A DNA stretch of 16,556 nt from an uncultured Cytophagales bacterium (GTDB lineage: Bacteria; Bacteroidota; Bacteroidia; Cytophagales; Cyclobacteriaceae): positions 1 through 16,556 of the forward strand of contig CAWZYQ010000083.1 in the NCBI GenBank assembly GCA_963966275.1. Reading direction: 5' to 3'. Under the pieces are notes generated by a model. That model did not search any database. It saw nothing but the letters and a program-made list of their open reading frames with translations, and had not been told where the DNA came from. The position numbers and the translations under genes are program-made. This document shows positions 14,926-16,556 of the stretch, piece by piece. The stretch's first letter is position 1. Every line of letters starts with the position of its first letter.

Positions 14926-16390
14926 ACTTGACAAACTCCCTATACAGTTTGTAATAGTACAAAATATCCTTTACATATTCAGCGGGCTCAGTACCCCGGC
15001 AGTAGCCATATTTAACTACTTCATCAGTGTAGTATTTCGGATATGACTTGTTAATGATCATTTTTTCAACATTGTCATACCAAATATCAGGATTAAGGTC
15101 ATATTTTTCAGCCAGGCGCCGGGCATCCTCCATATGGCCCTGCCCGACATTGTAACTGGCAAGAGTAAATTTGATAAGCTCCAGGCTATCAGCATTTGGT
15201 ATTGATTTTACCCAGTACTTATGCAGGTAATCCAGGTGACGAACTCCTGCCAAAAGGTTTGATGAGGGGTCATCGAGGTTATGGATTTGAAAACTGTATT
15301 GTTTAGCTGTTGATGGCAAGACTTGCATAAGGCCTATTGCACCCATCCAAGATTTGGAGTTAGAATTAAAATTAGACTCCTTATAAATCTGAGCAGCCAA
15401 TAAGATCCAGTTCCAGTTTATTCTTTCAGCATAGTACCTGATCAGTGGATCATAGTTTGATATTTTTCCTTCCTTCGCCGGCTTATAACCTCTCCGGATA
15501 TTTCTTTTTACTGCGGCATTGGGGTTAAAATATCTGTTTTTGATCACGTTATAATCCAGCGATCCTCTGTGTGTGTCAATCCAAGAATTGAGGGAATCGA
15601 GCAGTTGGTCGGCGCTTTTTGGCACTGCCCAACCAATAGGCCGGTGTAAACTTATGGGTGTATTGATATCGATATTGCCGAAAAACGACTTCAGTGTACG
15701 GGCACGGTTTTCGTCGGCGACGGTATAACTAATTTTTCCCTTCGCTACCATTTCGATCAGGCTATCTGTTGCTACCATTCCAGGAATGGTATCAATACAA
15801 ATATTAGTGGCTGTTTCTTTCATGAAATTTTGCAGGGAGCTGTAAAATGACGATCCTTTACGAACATGTACGGTATCGCCATTTAAGTCGAGTGGGTCTC
15901 GGATGAGCGCATCGTTTATTTCATCGAGGGTGAGCTGGCGATAATTATCGGGTAATTTTTGGATAAGTACCTGGCGGGCCCGAAGAATTGGATTTGTAAA
16001 GTTGACCAGCTCCTGGCGGTATCGTGTTATGTTGAGATTACCGGCGGCAATATCATAATCGCGTATGGCCAGTGTATCAATAATGTGGTCAAGATTGGTT
16101 GAAATTTTAATTTCTAATTCAAGGTCATGGTCTCTGGCGAACCAGTTCAACATTTCATACTCAAATCCCCTTGGAACCCCTTTATAGATCAGGTAGCTCG
16201 TAAGGCTATTATCTACCAATACTCGTAAGACGCCGGGAGTATGTGTGTACCTTACGGTGTCATATCTATTGCCTTCCTTGGTTCCCGGGATGTTGCGGTC
16301 CGGCGAAGGATCGCTTTTATTGCAGGAAATGAAAACAAGCATCCCAATAAATAGCCATGGAAAAATTTTCCGGTCCGTAAATAAATCCAT
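14873..16390 (-). CDS. Membrane-bound lytic murein transglycosylase, MltF-like (periplasmic solute-binding-like domain + SLT domain), lipoprotein
   Basis: 505 aa. It has a lipoprotein-type signal (LFIGMLVFISCNKS), an N-terminal SBP_bac_3-like domain, and a C-terminal SLT domain with the catalytic Glu-Ser and GLMQ motifs (AQIYKESNFNSNSKSWMGAIGLMQVLPSTA). The low-complexity tail is SNSNNSRTTTSSP. Confidence 0.85.
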   Translation of the reverse strand: MDLFTDRKIFPWLFIGMLVFISCNKSDPSPDRNIPGTKEGNRYDTVRYTHTPGVLRVLVDNSLTSYLIYKGVPRGFEYEMLNWFARDHDLELEIKISTNLDHIIDTLAIRDYDIAAGNLNITRYRQELVNFTNPILRARQVLIQKLPDNYRQLTLDEINDALIRDPLDLNGDTVHVRKGSSFYSSLQNFMKETATNICIDTIPGMVATDSLIEMVAKGKISYTVADENRARTLKSFFGNIDINTPISLHRPIGWAVPKSADQLLDSLNSWIDTHRGSLDYNVIKNRYFNPNAAVKRNIRRGYKPAKEGKISNYDPLIRYYAERINWNWILLAAQIYKESNFNSNSKSWMGAIGLMQVLPSTAKQYSFQIHNLDDPSSNLLAGVRHLDYLHKYWVKSIPNADSLELIKFTLASYNVGQGHMEDARRLAEKYDLNPDIWYDNVEKMIINKSYPKYYTDEVVKYGYCRGTEPAEYVKDILYYYKLYREFVKYEQKSNSNNSRTTTSSP

Positions 16391-16556
16391 GCTTATAAAC
16401 TAATAGATTACGATCAAAAAACCTAATGCAAACCATCAGGAGTCTGGTTTTTTCCGAACTACACCACAAATTGTTATCGGATTTGTAAATGGATATGATC
16501 GTCGTGACGAACAGAATGGCAACCCTGGAAACGCACTTTAGCATGCGATATGCCGA

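Noticed and set aside
16317-16544. 75-aa - strand ORF overlapping the MltF-like start in another frame
   Set aside because: Overlaps the signal-peptide region of a well-supported gene. No motifs. Partial at the window edge.
1-16556. tRNA/rRNA genes, CRISPR arrays, IS elements, integrases, phage genes, toxin-antitoxin pairs
   Set aside because: Scanned intergenic regions (1787-1864, 3398-3570, 4673-4791, 7371-7647, 8077-8403, 11972-12142, 14382-14463, 16391-16556). They show no cloverleaf-like GC-rich 75-nt segments, no regularly spaced direct repeats, no terminal inverted repeats, and no transposase-like or recombinase-like ORFs. The region looks like core chromosome rather than a mobile island.

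Overview
The window is a compact chromosomal segment of about 43% GC. From gene content (ECF sigma factor, MltF-type lytic transglycosylase, periplasmic TPR sensor, NfeD-flotillin pair) and Ile/Lys/Asn-rich proteins, it probably comes from a Bacteroidota genome (Sphingobacteriia/Chitinophagia-like). That assignment is an inference, not a search result. Seventeen protein-coding genes are supportable, in order: (1) MsbA-like ABC exporter (-); (2) a signal-peptide/TPR/TM/coiled-coil protein ending in a degenerate HisKA-like domain with Tyr in place of the phospho-His and no ATPase domain (-); (3) rhodanese (-); (4) TM2-domain membrane protein (-); (5) DUF2752/CPGCG membrane protein (-); (6) ECF sigma-70 factor (+); (7) small 2-TM putative anti-sigma protein, overlapping the sigma gene by ATGA (+); (8) OsmC/YhfA-like thiol peroxidase-family protein (+); (9) Cys/Met-family PLP enzyme, MetZ/MetB-like (+); (10) a 5'-truncated, amber-interrupted cysH (PAPS reductase) remnant (+); (11) PatB/MalY-type C-S lyase (+); (12) large MscS/MscK-type mechanosensitive channel (-); (13) NfeD-like membrane protein (+); (14) flotillin/SPFH protein with an Ala/Glu-rich repeat (+); (15) GNAT acetyltransferase (-); (16) MltF-like lipoprotein lytic transglycosylase (-). 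No tRNA, rRNA, CRISPR array, IS element or integrase is visible. The most unusual elements are: (a) the TPR sensor with an orphan, His-less dimerisation/phosphotransfer-like domain; (b) the translationally coupled DUF2752-TM2-rhodanese string of unknown function; (c) an ECF sigma / membrane protein / OsmC mini-operon running without strand change into sulfur amino-acid genes; (d) a decayed cysH with a perfect 19-bp palindrome in its promoter region and a long structured leader before the downstream C-S lyase; (e) an MscS channel divergently paired with an NfeD-flotillin operon. No single undescribed system can be demonstrated from sequence alone. Candidates (a) and (b) are the best leads.
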